Shown: one piece after another, positions 26,586 through 40,894 of the stretch
Position numbering within the stretch: the first letter of the stretch is position 1
Layout of the letters: every line of letters begins with the position of its first letter
Source of the DNA: Callorhinchus milii
Taxonomy: Eukaryota
Assembly: GCF_018977255.1 (NCBI RefSeq)
Contig: NW_024704743.1
Location: 9,054,001 to 9,118,000, forward strand
Direction of reading: 5' to 3'
Length of the DNA: 64,000 nucleotides
The notes under the pieces: generated by a model
The model's input: the letters and a program-made list of their open reading frames with translations, nothing else
Told to the model about the DNA's origin: nothing
The model's database searches: none
Made by a program: the position numbers and the translations under genes

Positions 26586-26896
26586 ATAATAATCCTTGCA
26601 TTTGATATAGTACTTTTCACATCTTCTAGATGCCTCAAAGAGCTTCACAGAATATGTTGTAAAGTGAATTGACCGTATATTTGTGGGCGAAACGCAGCAG
26701 CCAATTGCGCACAGCAGTGTCCCACAAACAGCCGTGGATTGAAAATGACCAATTTATTACTGTTTTTTGTTTTGGAGGGATTATTATTAGGCGTGTGGAG
26801 TAAGGAAACTTGCCCAAGGTTTTGGTCTCCCTGGAATTGAACCCAGGTGTCTCGCTTGCAAGGCGAGTGCTCTAACCACTGAGCTACAGGACTCCA
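26586..26896 (-). mobile_element. SINE family B, internally deleted subfamily, full length
   Basis: tRNA-Ala-like head (anticodon arm ctcgc-cttgcaa-gcgag); lacks the ctgtttacctagcagtaag...ggatcgcttt block of the longer copies. Confidence 0.9.
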
Positions 26897-27159
26897 GCTA
26901 CTGTCAAAAATGACAGTACTTTGCAAGAGGCACAGGGAGTAAGCTACCTACTCTACCCCAAAGCTAGAAATTAAGTATTGTACACACACTGATTGAGAAG
27001 ACAGGAATTTTAAAGCATTATTTAAAGCCAGTATTGCGACAATGATTAACATAAAATTTATAAAACTGGACCAAATAATACCACAACCTGCTAAAAAAAA
27101 ACTGTTACACTTTTTTTAATAACACATATTTCTTTTAAATTACTGTACATTGTAAAATA

Positions 27160-27575
27160 ACGATCATCCTTGAATTTGGTAAAGAGGCTTTCACATCAGG
27201 AGGATATCACAAAGCCCTTCGCAAGATTTACTGTAAAGTGCAGCGACTGCATTTTGTAGGCATAAACAACAGTTGATTTGCATGTAGTAATGTCTCACCA
27301 ACAGCCCTGAAGTAAATTTATCTGCAGGGTTGTTGGCGATGATACTAAGAGAAACTCAATTCTCTTTTTGAATAGCACCACATCCACCTGAACAGGCAGA
27401 CGGGACTTCGGTTTTATGTCACATAAGAAGGAGAACACCACTGACAATGCAGTGCACCCCCAGTATTGGATCAGAATGTTATAAAATATATGAGCTCAAA
27501 GTTCGGACACAGGGCTCAAACCCACAGCCTTCTAACCCAGAGGTGGAAGTGCTACCAAATGAGCCAGGCTGACAC
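27160..27575 (-). mobile_element. SINE family A, full length, diverged
   Basis: Head tgtcagcctggctcatttggtagcac; body and tail present. Confidence 0.8.
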
Positions 27576-29459
27576 CTATTGTATTGAAGCATCAGAACCT
27601 TATTTCAAAATGAAATCTTAATTTAAATACCACATATAAACACAGCCTTTTCCCCAGTGCCCAAATGACCCTCAGATCTGTTAACTTCAACTCTCTCCTT
27701 CTTTTGCCCCTCTGCTCCCCACCACATCCCCCCACCACCACTACCGAGAAACGAATGAGACTATCTTCACATCAGCTAATTAAACGTACATGAAATGAAG
27801 CCAGGCTGTCATTCCGTTCTAGTTTTTCAGCCCAATTAACAAACCTCAATAAAACAGCAGGAAATGGACATCTATATTCTATATATATTACTGAGAAGCT
27901 ATCATTTTTTAAATCTTTTGCTCTGTCCTCTCTTGGAATTCCGGGGTTTTAGCAGAAAGATTTACTGCATGGCAGTCCATCACAGACTAGTAAGAGAAAC
28001 ACCAGCTTATTTTTAATTCTTATGATTTAGTGGCTTCCAGGTCGAAAGCCAGCAATTAAATAAGCCACCAGTTTATTATCCAAGTTCCACAATCATCACA
28101 GTTTCTGATTCAATACAAGTTTCACTTTTACACAAGTGATTTCTTTAAATTACAAACTACTGCACTCAGCTATTGAACACACAATCTAGTGCCAAAAGAG
28201 CATTATACAGCAATTATATATTTCAGTATTTGGCCGGTAATTTTTTCCTTACAATTTTAATACTATTTCTTTTGCCATTCATTCACATCATTAACTTCAT
28301 TCAGATGACCTGAATTTTAAATGTCGTGCTTTTTGCAATAATATGGGGGTAAATAATGACAATGGCTATAAAAGGCATTATTTTAGATTTCCTATTCAAA
28401 GACAATGGCAATGATCATCAGGCTCTGAAACATTATTACCCGGGCGATCCACTCTGTGCAAGTGCATCCTTTAAAGAGAATTTGAAACGCATTCCAACAT
28501 GATAGAGCCATAAACGCTGTTCAGGTCAACAACCCCCAACTGAACATATCAGTTGCAACCACTAAATGGAAAAAAATGTAATCTTAGCACCTCCATACAT
28601 CACAGACAACTATTTCGGGGCCAATGGTCAAACATGCAGTGAAACTGTATATAGTCCCCTCGTTGGAAAAATAGCAATTTTTGCTTTTTCACAAAGTACA
28701 GCGCAGTTCAACAGTATCATCAATGACTTTAGCTTTTGCTTTTAAATGTACCCAATGGTTTCTGAAGATTTTCCGTTTTGCAAAATTTATTCTTGATGTA
28801 CATCTGCTGAATTTAGAACTTGTACTCTGAAATTCTTCCTATGGTGCAATCAGTACCGGAGCCAATGTAATGCTCAGTACAGAAGAGTTCATGCTTTATC
28901 ACTGCCTTGTGTACACCCATGGGCACGACCGGATGAGCTGAGATTTTGCAACAATTAATAGCCAGAGTATTAATCGCCACTAGCTGCGATTTTAACAACT
29001 GCACGATTGGATGATGTAGTGCACTTTAATAAATATTTCAGATGGAACTGGAAGAGGAACTGCTCTCTCACACACAGTGTGTTCACGAGGAATATGAGAT
29101 ATCTTTCAACATGTCTCAGAGGGACGAAGTTGAATCTGTTTTATTTAAAAAGAATTAAGAAACAACGAAAGCATGTGATATAAAAAAACACTGCTGCTCT
29201 CAAACTGATTTCACACCCAGGCTACACATTCTCCTTTACTGCAGCAGAAAGTTTAAAAAATATATTTTAAAAAATCAGACTTGTTACTTTTGCGTAAGGC
29301 AAAATAATTCAGCCCATTAAATGAGTCACGCTTACACGAAGGACCAAAAGAGCTAAGCTAATCAAACCAGACCTGCATCTAATGCGTTGTGATCAACTTT
29401 GGATTCATTTCAGAACTGAAATACATTCTCTACTTATAAAATAGTCAGTGAGTCAGTGA

Positions 29460-29740
29460 CTAGAGGGCTTCAATTTAAGATAGTTAGCAAACGAGCGAAT
29501 GGGGAGGTTAGGAGGAATTTTGCATGCACAGAGCAGTTAGGATATGGAATACCCTGTCGAGAGCGGTAGGTGAGGCAGAATCCATATTAGCTTTCAAAAG
29601 GGAATTAGATAAATGCCTGAAAAGGAGTGAACTAAATGGGACATGTAGAAAAGGGTAGGTAATTGGGACTGAAAGGATTGCTCTTAAAAGAGCCAGCACA
29701 GACACGACCGCCTTTTTCTGCTATAAATTTCTATCATTCT
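29460..29740 (+). mobile_element. CR1 3' end
   Basis: RAVRIWNTL...FKRELDKCL; tail ttctatcattct. Confidence 0.75.
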
Positions 29741-32700
29741 GTTTTATCATTCATATTTTAAAGCACTCTCCTTCACAAATGGAGACCTGCATTTTGTTGG
29801 GGGCACCTTCTGTGCTGTAATTTCTATGATTCTAGATCATTACACTGATGCAGTATTCAATAGCATTGCATTTCAGTAAACCACTTTCTAATAATGGTGG
29901 GGAAAAGAGAAGAAAGGCAAGGCAGTAAAAAAAATGCTTGCATTTGATACATCGCCTTAATACATCATTGAAACTCTGAAAGTATTTCACAGGGTTTACT
30001 GTAAAGTGTAGTGACTGTAGATATGGCAACTCCATTACTCAGGATGCTAATTCGTTTTCTTACCTTGCTTTGCTGCCTTCAAAACCCTCTTAAAATGCCT
30101 CTTTTAGATTGAGTCTATAGTAAACATGCTTAAATTCTCCCTCCTTTCCTACCTGCTCAGATTTTCCCATAATCTATGTGGAACGCTTCAAAATGTTCAT
30201 CCAACATAAAAAGTGTCACTTAAGTGCAAGGTTTTGCTGCAAGGAATAAGCTCATCCGATTTTTATTGTATTGTTTGAAATACTTGTGAAAAGTGTAAGT
30301 TTAAAGAGAGTGTGCGATGAAGAGCTGTGAGATATAATTTAAGACTCTTTCATAACATGAACTGAAAACTCACTTGTAGATCACTCAATATAAATTGCAG
30401 CCTACTGCTCATCACTAGACATCCTCCACCCCAAATCCACAGAGATCTTCACAGACCTTGGTAATTGGAGAGAGGTGGGAGGTATCATGCACTTATTATT
30501 TGTAGCTGTTTAAGTGAGCTGGAAGGGAATTGACTTTAATAACCTTCTACAGGCTACATTGCTTCCATCAGTCTTTCTCCCTGTCATTAGAGACACTGTG
30601 CCTCCACACCCACACACAGTGGTACCTCCTGACAGAGAAACTCATAAAGTACAATTACAATGTGCTCTATGCTGCCATTGTGGTCAAATGCCTTACATCT
30701 AAACATCATGTCCTGAACACGCAATACACAATAAACCCTAACAACTTTCAATAAACCAGAGCAACACCACACCGTTGCCCACTGACTCCATCTCTATTTT
30801 ATAATTACCGCTCTAACCAGGGGAGAGCAATGTACAATGTTTAGATTCATTAACTGTGCAATAGTACTCAAACCAATCATTACTTGAAGACCACTGACTG
30901 GTTACTCTAAGGAGTGTTTACTTTAAAAATTATGTTTGTTATTGAAGCCTCTTAGTTCATGTAACAGTCGGAAATTGTAACATGTCATATTAATGGTATA
31001 ACATAATGCAGTTTTCTGCCATAGAAACATATTAATATATAAGGGGCCCATTCAGCCCATCTACCATTCTCCATTTTATTAGTTCATGTTAGCTCTTTTT
31101 ATCCAGTTTCTCCTCCTTTCCTCCACATCCTCTTACCTCCTGTGATAAACATTGAGGAACGTATTGAGCCTGTTCCACTAATTTGTTAGATCTTGGCAGA
31201 TCTTAAACCCAAAGCCATGTCCTTTCACCTCCCCTATTAATACCTCTCCTACTCAATAATCTCTCGAATCTCAGGACACAGAAGAGTAAGTATATTTGAT
31301 ACAGTGCCTTTCTAGGCAAGAGGAGACTCAAAGTGCTTCACAAGATATACTATAAAGTGTAATGACTATATTCTGTAGGCAAATTCAGTAGCCAAATTGC
31401 CAATGTTCCAAAACATGCATTTTAAAAAAAAATAACCAATTTTATTTGATTACTGATTGAGTCCTGATTGATGGAGCTTAACTGCATTGTCCCCCTAAAC
31501 AGTCCCTAAATTAGAAGGACTTATTATAAAAATTCATATAATAATGATCCTTGCGCCTTGGGACATCCTCCCATCATGAAAGGCATTATATAAATGCAAT
31601 TTGTTGTTGTTGCATTTGGCAGAGCGCCTTTCACAGGATATACTGTAAAATAATAACTAGCATTTATATAGTGTCCCTTGCACAGGGTAGCATTTCAGAA
31701 CTCTTGCAGTGCCTGTGCATTTTGTAGATTACAAATGTAGTGTCTGTGTATTTTGTACTTTAATGAACCTCCTGCACTTGTACCTGCATGGTATTTAAAT
31801 TTGCATTTGGATTTTTCAATGAACATTAATTGGTCCTTGTAACCATGTGGAGCTTGTATATGTAACACTTACGATCGGGCGATGCTAGAGTCACCTCAAT
31901 GTAGTGAACATGAACATGCTGCATGAATTCTGTCCAACAATGGATCATTAGTACATTAATATGCACCGGACTGAACAAAGCAGCTAAAATCCATCAACTG
32001 TGCAACTAAATGAATGTTTTATAAAACCTAGACTACATTTTAAATGATCACGGCACTGGCTATCCCTGGAATAATCTCATTATGTAGGGGAAAATTAATG
32101 AACGCTTGATAAGATTCATATTTTGCTAATACTGATGTGGCAATATTTGGTTTCAAAAGAAAAATTGAAACTCTCCAGCTCTCCAGATGTGTCTGGTATT
32201 TTTCAGGCTTTATGGTTCTCAGGCCATTAGCAAGACGTACAGTTTCTAGTGTCAAATGTCTTAGATCATTAAACAGTATCTTAACGTAGTGTCATTCTCA
32301 TCCACACTGAAATTAAGTTTTTTTAAAAAAAAACCTTAAATATATTGGCTCTAATATGGAGCCATTTCTAATCAGAATTCTTAAGAAGTAAATCAGAACT
32401 AAGTCATGCCTACTTGGGGGAACTCCACTCCAGCTCAATCTACTTCTGGAGGCATGACTCGCTTTTGGAGACAGGAAGAAAATCCCATTCAGATTCCTTA
32501 ACCTAACTAAGGAATCCCATTAAAAATCATCATTGAACCTCAATGTGAGAATGACAGAACAAAGGACACCACAGTAAATCACCAGATAAGACTACTGGCG
32601 CTTTGTTCTAAGGAGAGATTCAGAGAAGAAAGGGCTCCATTCATATTGGAAGATGAAGTTATAAATTGAGAAGATGGCAATGAAGAAACAAAGGACTCCT

Positions 32701-33084
32701 CTTTTAACTTTCCATTGATCAAGACGTGGGACTGTTTCAACTGCTCTTTATTTGGTTAAATCATAAAATGTCCCAATTTCTAACAAGTGATGTTTTCTTC
32801 ATTCTCCATCCGAAGCCAACCTCCACTTACTGTAGGCCTGGTGTCTGCACCAGCCCCTAGACACTACAGAATAATAACAAGTCACAAGCAGCCTTTGTTC
32901 AGATGTTAATACTGGGATATGACAGGAACAGAGGTAAACAGGAACAGGAGGAGGTCATTCAGCCCGTTGAGCCTGTCCAGCAGTTTGTTAGATCCGACCT
33001 TCAGCCACAGACCTGAATACCACTATTACCTGAGTATCGGCCTATCTCTCCTTTAAGCAGCCTTACCAATTCCCATTCACCCTA

Positions 33085-33320
33085 TGTCAGCCTGGGTCAG
33101 TTGGTAGCACACTTGCCTCTGAGATAGAAGGCTGTGGGTTCAAGCCCTATGTCACAATACAAACTCAGTTAGTCTGACGCTCCAATGCAGTGTAGTGCTA
33201 GTGAAGCACTGAATTGTTGAAAGTCACGTCATTCAGATGAGACATTAAACTGAGGTCCCATCTGCCTGTTAGATGGACATGAAAGACCTCATGCTACTAT
33301 TTGAAAAGAGAAGGGAGTTA
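33085..33320 (+). mobile_element. SINE family A, 5' half
   Basis: tgtcagcctgggtcagttggtagcacacttgcctctgagatagaaggctgtgggttcaagccc. Confidence 0.8.
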
Positions 33321-34057
33321 CTCATCTCTGAGTCTGAAGGCTGTGGATTCAAACCCCACAGATATCCCTAGATAAATATAACCCAAGCCTCCTCTTATAA
33401 CTCCGCTCCGATTCACAGTGTATTATATACATATACAGGCTAAACCAGAGCGACCCACAGTCTTGTCTTCCACGATTAAAAACTTAAGAGCTCAGACTTA
33501 GGCTTGAGAGATGGAACCACTAATATACAATATAATACTAATGTAAGTCTGAATCAACTCTAATGGAAATTGTCCCTAATGGTGGATTTAGTGGTAACGC
33601 AGACCTCAATTGTAAGGTGGGTGGAGGAATTCAAGAATGAAAAGAGAGCAATTCTCTCAAACACTGGTCACCTGTACAAAAAGCTATGCAATGCATGTCT
33701 CACAACAGTGTTTTTCAAGCCTGGATGTTTCATTTCCATAATCTGTGGCTGTGATTTGTGCTCCACTTCACGCCATTTCAGAGCGATAAATCGTAACAAA
33801 TTAAAAACATGCAAGCTAATGAATCTCGGTTTAAAAGGCACAGTCATGAGATCTTAACACAGCTAATGCTTTTGATGTAACGGCTGTAAAGCTGGTTGGA
33901 TGGTGTAGCATTGACAGAGAGGTCACTCCACTGAAGGGGGCCTCTTTAAGCTGTATGACTCCATTTCGCTTTAACTCTGAGTGGGATCGTTTCACATCAG
34001 GGACACCATTTGTCAACCAGTGGAACTGGAAGAAAATATCCCCAAGACACCCAGTAA

Positions 34058-34340
34058 ATGTCAGTCTAGCTCAGTTGGTAGCAAACTCGTGTCTGAGTTT
34101 GAAGGCTGTGGGTTCAAACCCCACATCAGAACTCTGAAATCAAAGTCCAGGCTGATGCTCAAGTGCAGTGCTGAAGGAGCACTGCATTGTCAGAAGGTCT
34201 GTCTGTTCAGGTGAATGTTAAAGATCCATGGCACTATTGGCTGCTATATACACCTACAAAATACACGGTCACTACACTTTATTTAAATCGTGCATGACAT
34301 TTGAGATGATTTAGTAAATGCAAGAATTATTATTATTATG
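34058..34340 (+). mobile_element. SINE family A, internally deleted
   Basis: Head, partial body and (ATT)n tail. Confidence 0.8.
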
Positions 34341-35309
34341 ACCATCATCCAGATGTTGATTTTGAAAGAAAAAACTGTCCTATCAATAGGGAAAAAGGAG
34401 GCATTTCACAACAAGGTGCAATAAAATGTTTTTGGAGAGAATTGTAAAAAATAAAATAGCTATTGATAGACAAAAATAACAAGCTTATAACTATAACCTT
34501 ATAACCATCAAGCCAGCTTTGCTAATTTCTATTTATTTAATATACCGAATGAATCTCTTTCTGAAATGTCCAGCACACCACCATGATAATAATAATCCTT
34601 ACATCTGATATAGCACCTTTCACATTGAGAGGATGTTGGTAACTGGCAATACAAATAGCATTTGAGTTAATTTCAAATTCAGCCATTTTTCTCAACTGGA
34701 TTAGCAGATGATATACATGGTACATTCAAAGAATCCAGTTCCTCTCTGACTAAGAGCTTCTTTTAAGTGAAATGAGTGGGGGTGGGAGAGAGAGACAGAG
34801 AGAGAAACAGCTGCTTCCAATCCAAAGAGCCATCTCTCTCTGACCCCCATTCCTCATTCTTTGTGCAAAGCAGCAGGCACCACACTGAAGGAAAGAAGGC
34901 CTTGCTGAGAAAGTCAGAGTCTGCTATTTGATCCCTGGAATATCCCAAAACGTTTATCCTGTTTCGAAGGCACTGCACAGCTGCCCACACTCCTCCTTTA
35001 GGCTCCAAGCCAACATCATTTTGTGAATTACTACGATCTCCTGACGTTTTTTCTGATATCGGTCAGCTTCAAACAGTAAACGACTTCACTTGGAACATCA
35101 GAAAAAGGACAATGAAATAAAAGGAAATGTATCAATGTATCATACTATAACCATTTTCTCACTACCTTTGCTTGCGGCAATGTTTTGAACACTGGCTATT
35201 ACCCGTGCTGTGTGCGTTTGCCTACAAATACACAGTCTCTCCACAATAAATCCTGTGAAAGGCTTTGGGACAACGTCCCAGCTTGAAAGGTGCTATACCA
35301 CATGCAAGA

Positions 35310-35665
35310 AATAATAATCCTTGCCTTATCCCAGCGTTGAGATATAGCTCCTTATCACAGCATTGAGCCATTTCAAAGCGCTTCATAGGATTTACTGTGA
35401 AGTGCAGTGACTGGGTATTGGTAGGCAAATGCGACCATCAATTTGCCATAAAGTAAATGATCAATTTCATTAGGGGGGGAAGTTGGTCATGGGATTTTAA
35501 TGTCCACCTTAACATCTCACCCAAAGGACAGCATCTCTGATAATGCAGCGTTCCCCAACACTGCATTGGAATGTCAGCCTAGTACTGCAAGTTCAAAGTC
35601 CTAACATGAGGCTTGAACTCACAACCTTCTAACTACTTAGAGGCGAGAGTACTATCACCTGACAT
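35310..35665 (-). mobile_element. SINE family A, tail-to-tail with a plus-strand SINE tail at about 35200-35310
   Basis: Body and tail homology. Confidence 0.75.
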
Positions 35666-37694
35666 AGATACGAATACAAACAAACTTTGATCCTGCCTTG
35701 CTGCTGAAGTTTATTACTGGCATGTCAGACTTAAGCAGTTTAATAGCAGCGAAATTCCACTTCAATCCCCAAAATGCAGATCAGGAGTGTATTAAAGACT
35801 AATTAGTAATAGGTTGAGTGATCGCCAAAGCAACAGCCATGCTGCTTTGGGTCGGGTGAAAATTTGCATCAAGACAAGTTGAATTCCCAGCTGTGGCATT
35901 GGATCTTACGTCAGTTGTCTAGAAAGCTGCCGGTGATAATGCACAAACTTGCTTTTCTTTGTGAAGCCCGAACGAATTCACTGCTACAATGCCTTTGTTT
36001 TATCTGTCCACACCTATAATTGAGAATCAAGAGTCGGTATACGCTCTCTGATCCACTCCAGTAGGAGATCAGGAGCACTGAGAGACGAGGGCAGTGCAAG
36101 CACAAACTCACTGCAGAAGATTTGGGATTTTTAAAAAATATTCCTTTCTATTTGTTACCACAAACCTGTAACATTACCAAAACAAGTTTACAAATGAAGC
36201 TGTAGCTACAACCATAATAATATCAATTTGAAGCAGAGTGAGTTGGTAACTGAATAAGCTAAAAGCATTAACATAACAGTGTCATACAGTACTGCACACC
36301 AGCCTTACTATAACCTGGCTCCAAGCCAGCTAAAGGCACAGTCTTGTTAACCCTTCACACATTGTATTTCTCATGCAACTTATTTTAAATCTCCTGGTTA
36401 ATATTTTCTCTTCCCCTGAAGACACGGACTTACTTTGACCGTGCTTACGGTCACCTCCTCCCTCGGCGTCAGGCTCCACCACTGTTAAACGCTCCAAGAC
36501 TCTGCCCCGTGTGAAAGGCGCCATATAAATGCAAGTTGTTGTTGTACTATTGCTTCACTATGGATGCCTACTGGCATCTGGCCAAAGTTGCCATTACTCA
36601 TGTTGCCTTGTTGCGGGAAGGCAGGGATTGATATACCTCTGTCTTATCAATTTTGCTAACGTTTAAGCAGCTTGCCCCTGCTCACACAGCTGAGCTGACA
36701 TTTTCCCCTCAATAATTTGCCATTAACTTCTTCACTAGATTTGCTGAACGCTCTCCATTTATAAGCCTGCACAGGCCCGGAAACAACCATTACCGTCCTT
36801 CTGGCTAAAATTAGAAAAATTACATTGAATTCCAACCTCTCACTCTCTATTTTACAACCCTCAAAAAACTTAATTTTGCCAAAAAGAGAAAAAGGGAAAA
36901 ATTGCTGACACTGAAATTGCCAACATTCATAATGCAACTGTTTTTTAAAAGAAGGAACTTAAAAAGGTCCTGGAAACAAAACAGGGCTTAAAAATCTGGT
37001 TTGTGATGTGCTAAACATCACATCACTGCAAAGTGTGATCCAAACCTAGTGTTTTTGCCTACAAAATACAATCACTATAACAATAACTTGCATTTATATA
37101 GCGCACTTCATGAAGGACAGTGTATCAGAGCTCTACACTTTACAGAAATAACTTTGAGAAGTTCTCTGGCCCTGAAAGACACTGTGTCAACTGCACTGTT
37201 ATTATCAATTATTAGGATATTATTATATTGGTCTTTAATCACCATCAGGTTTGGATGTTAACTCCCATCTTGACTCAATGGTCTCCAAGGATGCATTCTT
37301 TTGTTCTGCCCTGATCACTGTCTATCACCCCAATGCACAGACTATCAGCCAAATGTTTTTACTGTAAGCTTTCTAACCATTTCACTCGTATTTTGTTTTC
37401 TGCTGATGATCATGATGAGAGATCACAGCTCTGAGAATGGGATACTTTTCGTCACTCTTAAGTGTTTCGAGATCAATGGACTAGCTCGACAAAGAATAAA
37501 ACTGTTTAATCTAGCTCCTGAATGTGCCTTAACTCAGCATTAGAATACTGCTCTCCTCCTGCACAACTGCAAATTTTTCTTACCAGCCAGCCATCCATAC
37601 AGCCCTTCTAAGTAAGTTTGTTATCTATCGCAATACAAACAATTTTGCACCAGTAACTGGGTTGAGACTGCCTTAACTCATTTCATGTTAAAGG

Positions 37695-38010
37695 AAGTAC
37701 TTGCATTTTTATCGTGTCTTATGACATAAAATGTCACAAAATGCTTCATAGGCAATTATTGTCAAGTGAAGTGAGTGATTTTGTAGATATACAGAGAAAG
37801 TGTTGAGGTGAATGACTAAGTTACCTGGAGGAATGTTGGCTTGAACACTGGGAGAAACCTCCTTCTATTTTCGAATAGGACTATAAGATTTTCAATGTTC
37901 ACCTGACCAGGCAGACAGGATTTTGGTTTAATGTCTCACCCAAACACAGCACCTCTGACAATGCAGCATTCCACCAGTCCACCACTGGAGAATCAGCCCA
38001 GGCTAGGAGG
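37695..38010 (-). mobile_element. SINE family A, diverged
   Basis: Deu-like body homology. Confidence 0.7.
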
Positions 38011-38096
38011 GTAAAACCTCCTCATTTGACAATCCACAAATCAAATGGGAAATCCTATTAATAGTTAACACTGACCAAAACAATTGGAATTTTTAC

Positions 38097-38320
38097 AATA
38101 ACAACTTGCATTTATATCGCGCCCCTAACACAGGGTAGCGTCCCAGAGCGCTTGGCAGTGGTGGAGCACAACGTCGAGCCGGTGGGAGGGGAGTTGACTG
38201 TAGGCATGGTCGAAGAGGAAGGTTTTCAGGCACAATCTGAAGATAGGGAAGGAGGAGACATGGCGGAGAGATAGAGGAAGATTGTTCCAGAATTTTGGGG
38301 CGCAGTGTTTGAAAGTCCTG
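38097..38320 (-). mobile_element. L2 LINE 3' end
   Basis: ccccaaaattctggaacaatcttcc...aaaaccttcctcttcgaccatgcc; TTG tail. Confidence 0.8.
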
Positions 38321-38389
38321 AGAATCCTTACTCCCTGCTAAAACCTTACCAACCTGCCCACTCCCTCCACTTGGTGGGCACTGGACTGC

Positions 38390-39100
38390 TCCATATCGCC
38401 CACCCTACCTGCCCCACCATTGGAGGTCAGACCTTCAGTCTTTTTGCCCCCACCCCCCGGAACGCCATCCCTAAACTATGAGGAGAGGATGCATAAACTT
38501 GGTCTGTATTTCCTCGAGTTAAAAGGTTGAAGGGTGATCTGATTGAGATGTTTAAAATGATAAAGGGATTTGTTAGGGTAGCTACAGAGAAACTATCTGC
38601 TCTAGTGGGGGAATCCAGAACAAAAGGGCATAATTTTAAATTAGAGCTAGGCTATTTAGGAGTGAAATCACGAAGTATTTTTTCATGCAAAAGGTAGTTG
38701 AAATCTGGAACTTTCTCCCATGAAAGGCTATGGATGAATCCATTCAAATTTTCAAGCCTGAGGTTTTTTGTTAGGTAAGGGATCAAGGGATATGGGGCAA
38801 AGGCAGATAATTGAAGTTAAGTTATGGATCAGCCACAATCAAATAGAATGGCGTAACAGGCTCATGTGCCTGAATGGCCTACTCCTGTTCCTAAGTTTCT
38901 ATCCCCTCTCTGCCTTGCCGCCTCTCTTGCCTCCTTCAAGACTCACCTCTTTGACCGTGCCTTCGATCATCCTCCCATCCCCACCCCTCTTATCCTCCAA
39001 CCCTCTTGATTCCAACCACCAGCTCGGGTGCAAACCCTTCTCTGTCCAGCACCTTGGGTCGCTATACAAATACAATTTGTTCTTGTTGTTCTTGTTGTTA
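38390..39100 (+). mobile_element. L2 3' end interrupted by a CR1 3' fragment (about 38476-38900)
   Basis: L2 homology stops at gccatccct and resumes at atcccctctctgcc. The insert encodes RLKGDLIEMFKMIKGF and ends gaatggcctactcctgttcct. Confidence 0.8.
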
Positions 39101-40019
39101 CGGCCAGAAGCGGGGAGGAGCCTTGCTCATCCTAGGTTGAAGTCAATCGCAGTTCTCAGAGATGAAGGGACAATGATAACAAAAAGTAGTACAAACCCCC
39201 CAAAATTCTATGAAGTTATCAATTGCATTGTTTTTAAACAGAACTTCAATTTGGTGGCACATTTCTTAGCTCTTATGTAAGGCTTGGATATGTTATCCAG
39301 TCCAGTGATTCAGTGAGTCAGCCCAGCTGTCTAACTAACCCACTAACTCACCCAATTTCACTCACAAGGTTCACTTTTCCAACAGATCGGCAGTGGAAAG
39401 TTCACTTCACTGTTGCCAAGCACGTATCATCACTATAAATCATACAGAGTACAAAGCAACAGCCTCACATCTCTATGACCTGGTGTGAGTTCTGGCAGTG
39501 GCTGACATTTCGACCTGTCTATCACATATGGAGCTTTCCTGTTAGTTCACAGCTCACTTGCCCTAGACCTAGTTGAAAACTGTCAGCAGTGAATCAGAAC
39601 ATGTGCACCTATTGTGAGAATTCTTCCTCTGACAATTTAATTCGTAGAGAAACCTTCACGATGCTTTGGTGGAGGAATCTGTATTTGTGTTCAATTCATT
39701 GGGAGAAAAGCAGTCAAGTAAAAACAAAACTCAAGGCACTTACAAAAAGAGAAAGAATCAATGCAAAGTAATCTTTATAGCCAGAAAGTCTGAAAGGTTT
39801 TTACTCATAAAAGAACAATGTTTTAATTCCTGTGAGATGTCCTTTTCCTTGAAAGATGCTAAATAAATGCATCTCTTGCTGCCACTGGGATTTAATTTGC
39901 TATATTTACTTGGAAACCAGATCTATTGTGACTTCTGTTTGTAAATACAATATTGGAAGCCATTTGATTCACAAAAGAGGTGACAGGGAATCCCTTAAGC
40001 TCCTGTAAATTTAGGAAAA

Positions 40020-40310
40020 TGTGAATAATTCACTTTGGCAAGAAAAATAAAGCTCTCTATAGTCTAAATAGTAGGAACATAAGAGGAGGAGCAGAGCAAT
40101 GAGATCTGTGGAGTCAAATCCACAAAAATCTCTTAAAGTAGCTACACAAGTAGATAAAGCTATAAAAAAGGCCAATTGAGTCCTTGGTTATATATCCAGA
40201 GGTACAGAATATAAAAGTGAATAACTGATATTGAATTTATACAAAACTTTGTTTATACCACATTTGGAGTATTGTGTCCAATTCTGGTCTCCAGATTATA
40301 AGAAGGATAT
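40020..40310 (+). mobile_element. CR1 ORF2 fragment
   Basis: LYKTLFIPHLEYCVQFWSPDYKKDI. Confidence 0.85.
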
Positions 40311-40894
40311 AGCAGCAAAGGTCATTCACCTCATTGCTGTTTGTACGACAATGCTGTGCACAAATGGGCTGCTGCATTTGCCTACAAATTACACAGCCAC
40401 TACACTTTACAGTAAATCCTGTGAAGCTATTTGAGGCATAGCGATAATATGACAAATAATCATATTTGATTATGCTATCAAATGATAATATTTCTATTAT
40501 TATTGTGCGAAAAGCTGCTGCTTTGGAAATTCAAGTAATCACAAACTGGGTTGCAATTAATACAACAATTCTGGTTTGTGAACTATCACAATTTAGATTC
40601 CGATTATATGTATTAAAGAATTATGAATGTTAAACCAATGGACTCTGTACAACGCGAGTCAATAATTCCAACCTGTTCCTGAAGGGCTATTGCCTCTTCC
40701 AGATTACATTTCAGATCTGGTTATTAGAGCTTTCTTCGTGGGTATAAATGCAGAGCTTTAATCTTTTTACATATTAAAGCACCAGGAGCTCCAGCTATAG
40801 TACACACAAGACTGATGGAGGCTTAGAGCTTTTCTAGTCTCTCATCTTGTAGTTTGGTCCCAGTGTACGCAGGAAAACCTAAATCTGGAAAAGC

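Noticed and set aside
26825..26896. tRNA gene (Ala-like cloverleaf); also at ~20470-20536, 41445-41516 and 50880-50949
   Set aside because: The acceptor stem does not pair, anticodons vary by CpG decay, and each continues into a SINE body.
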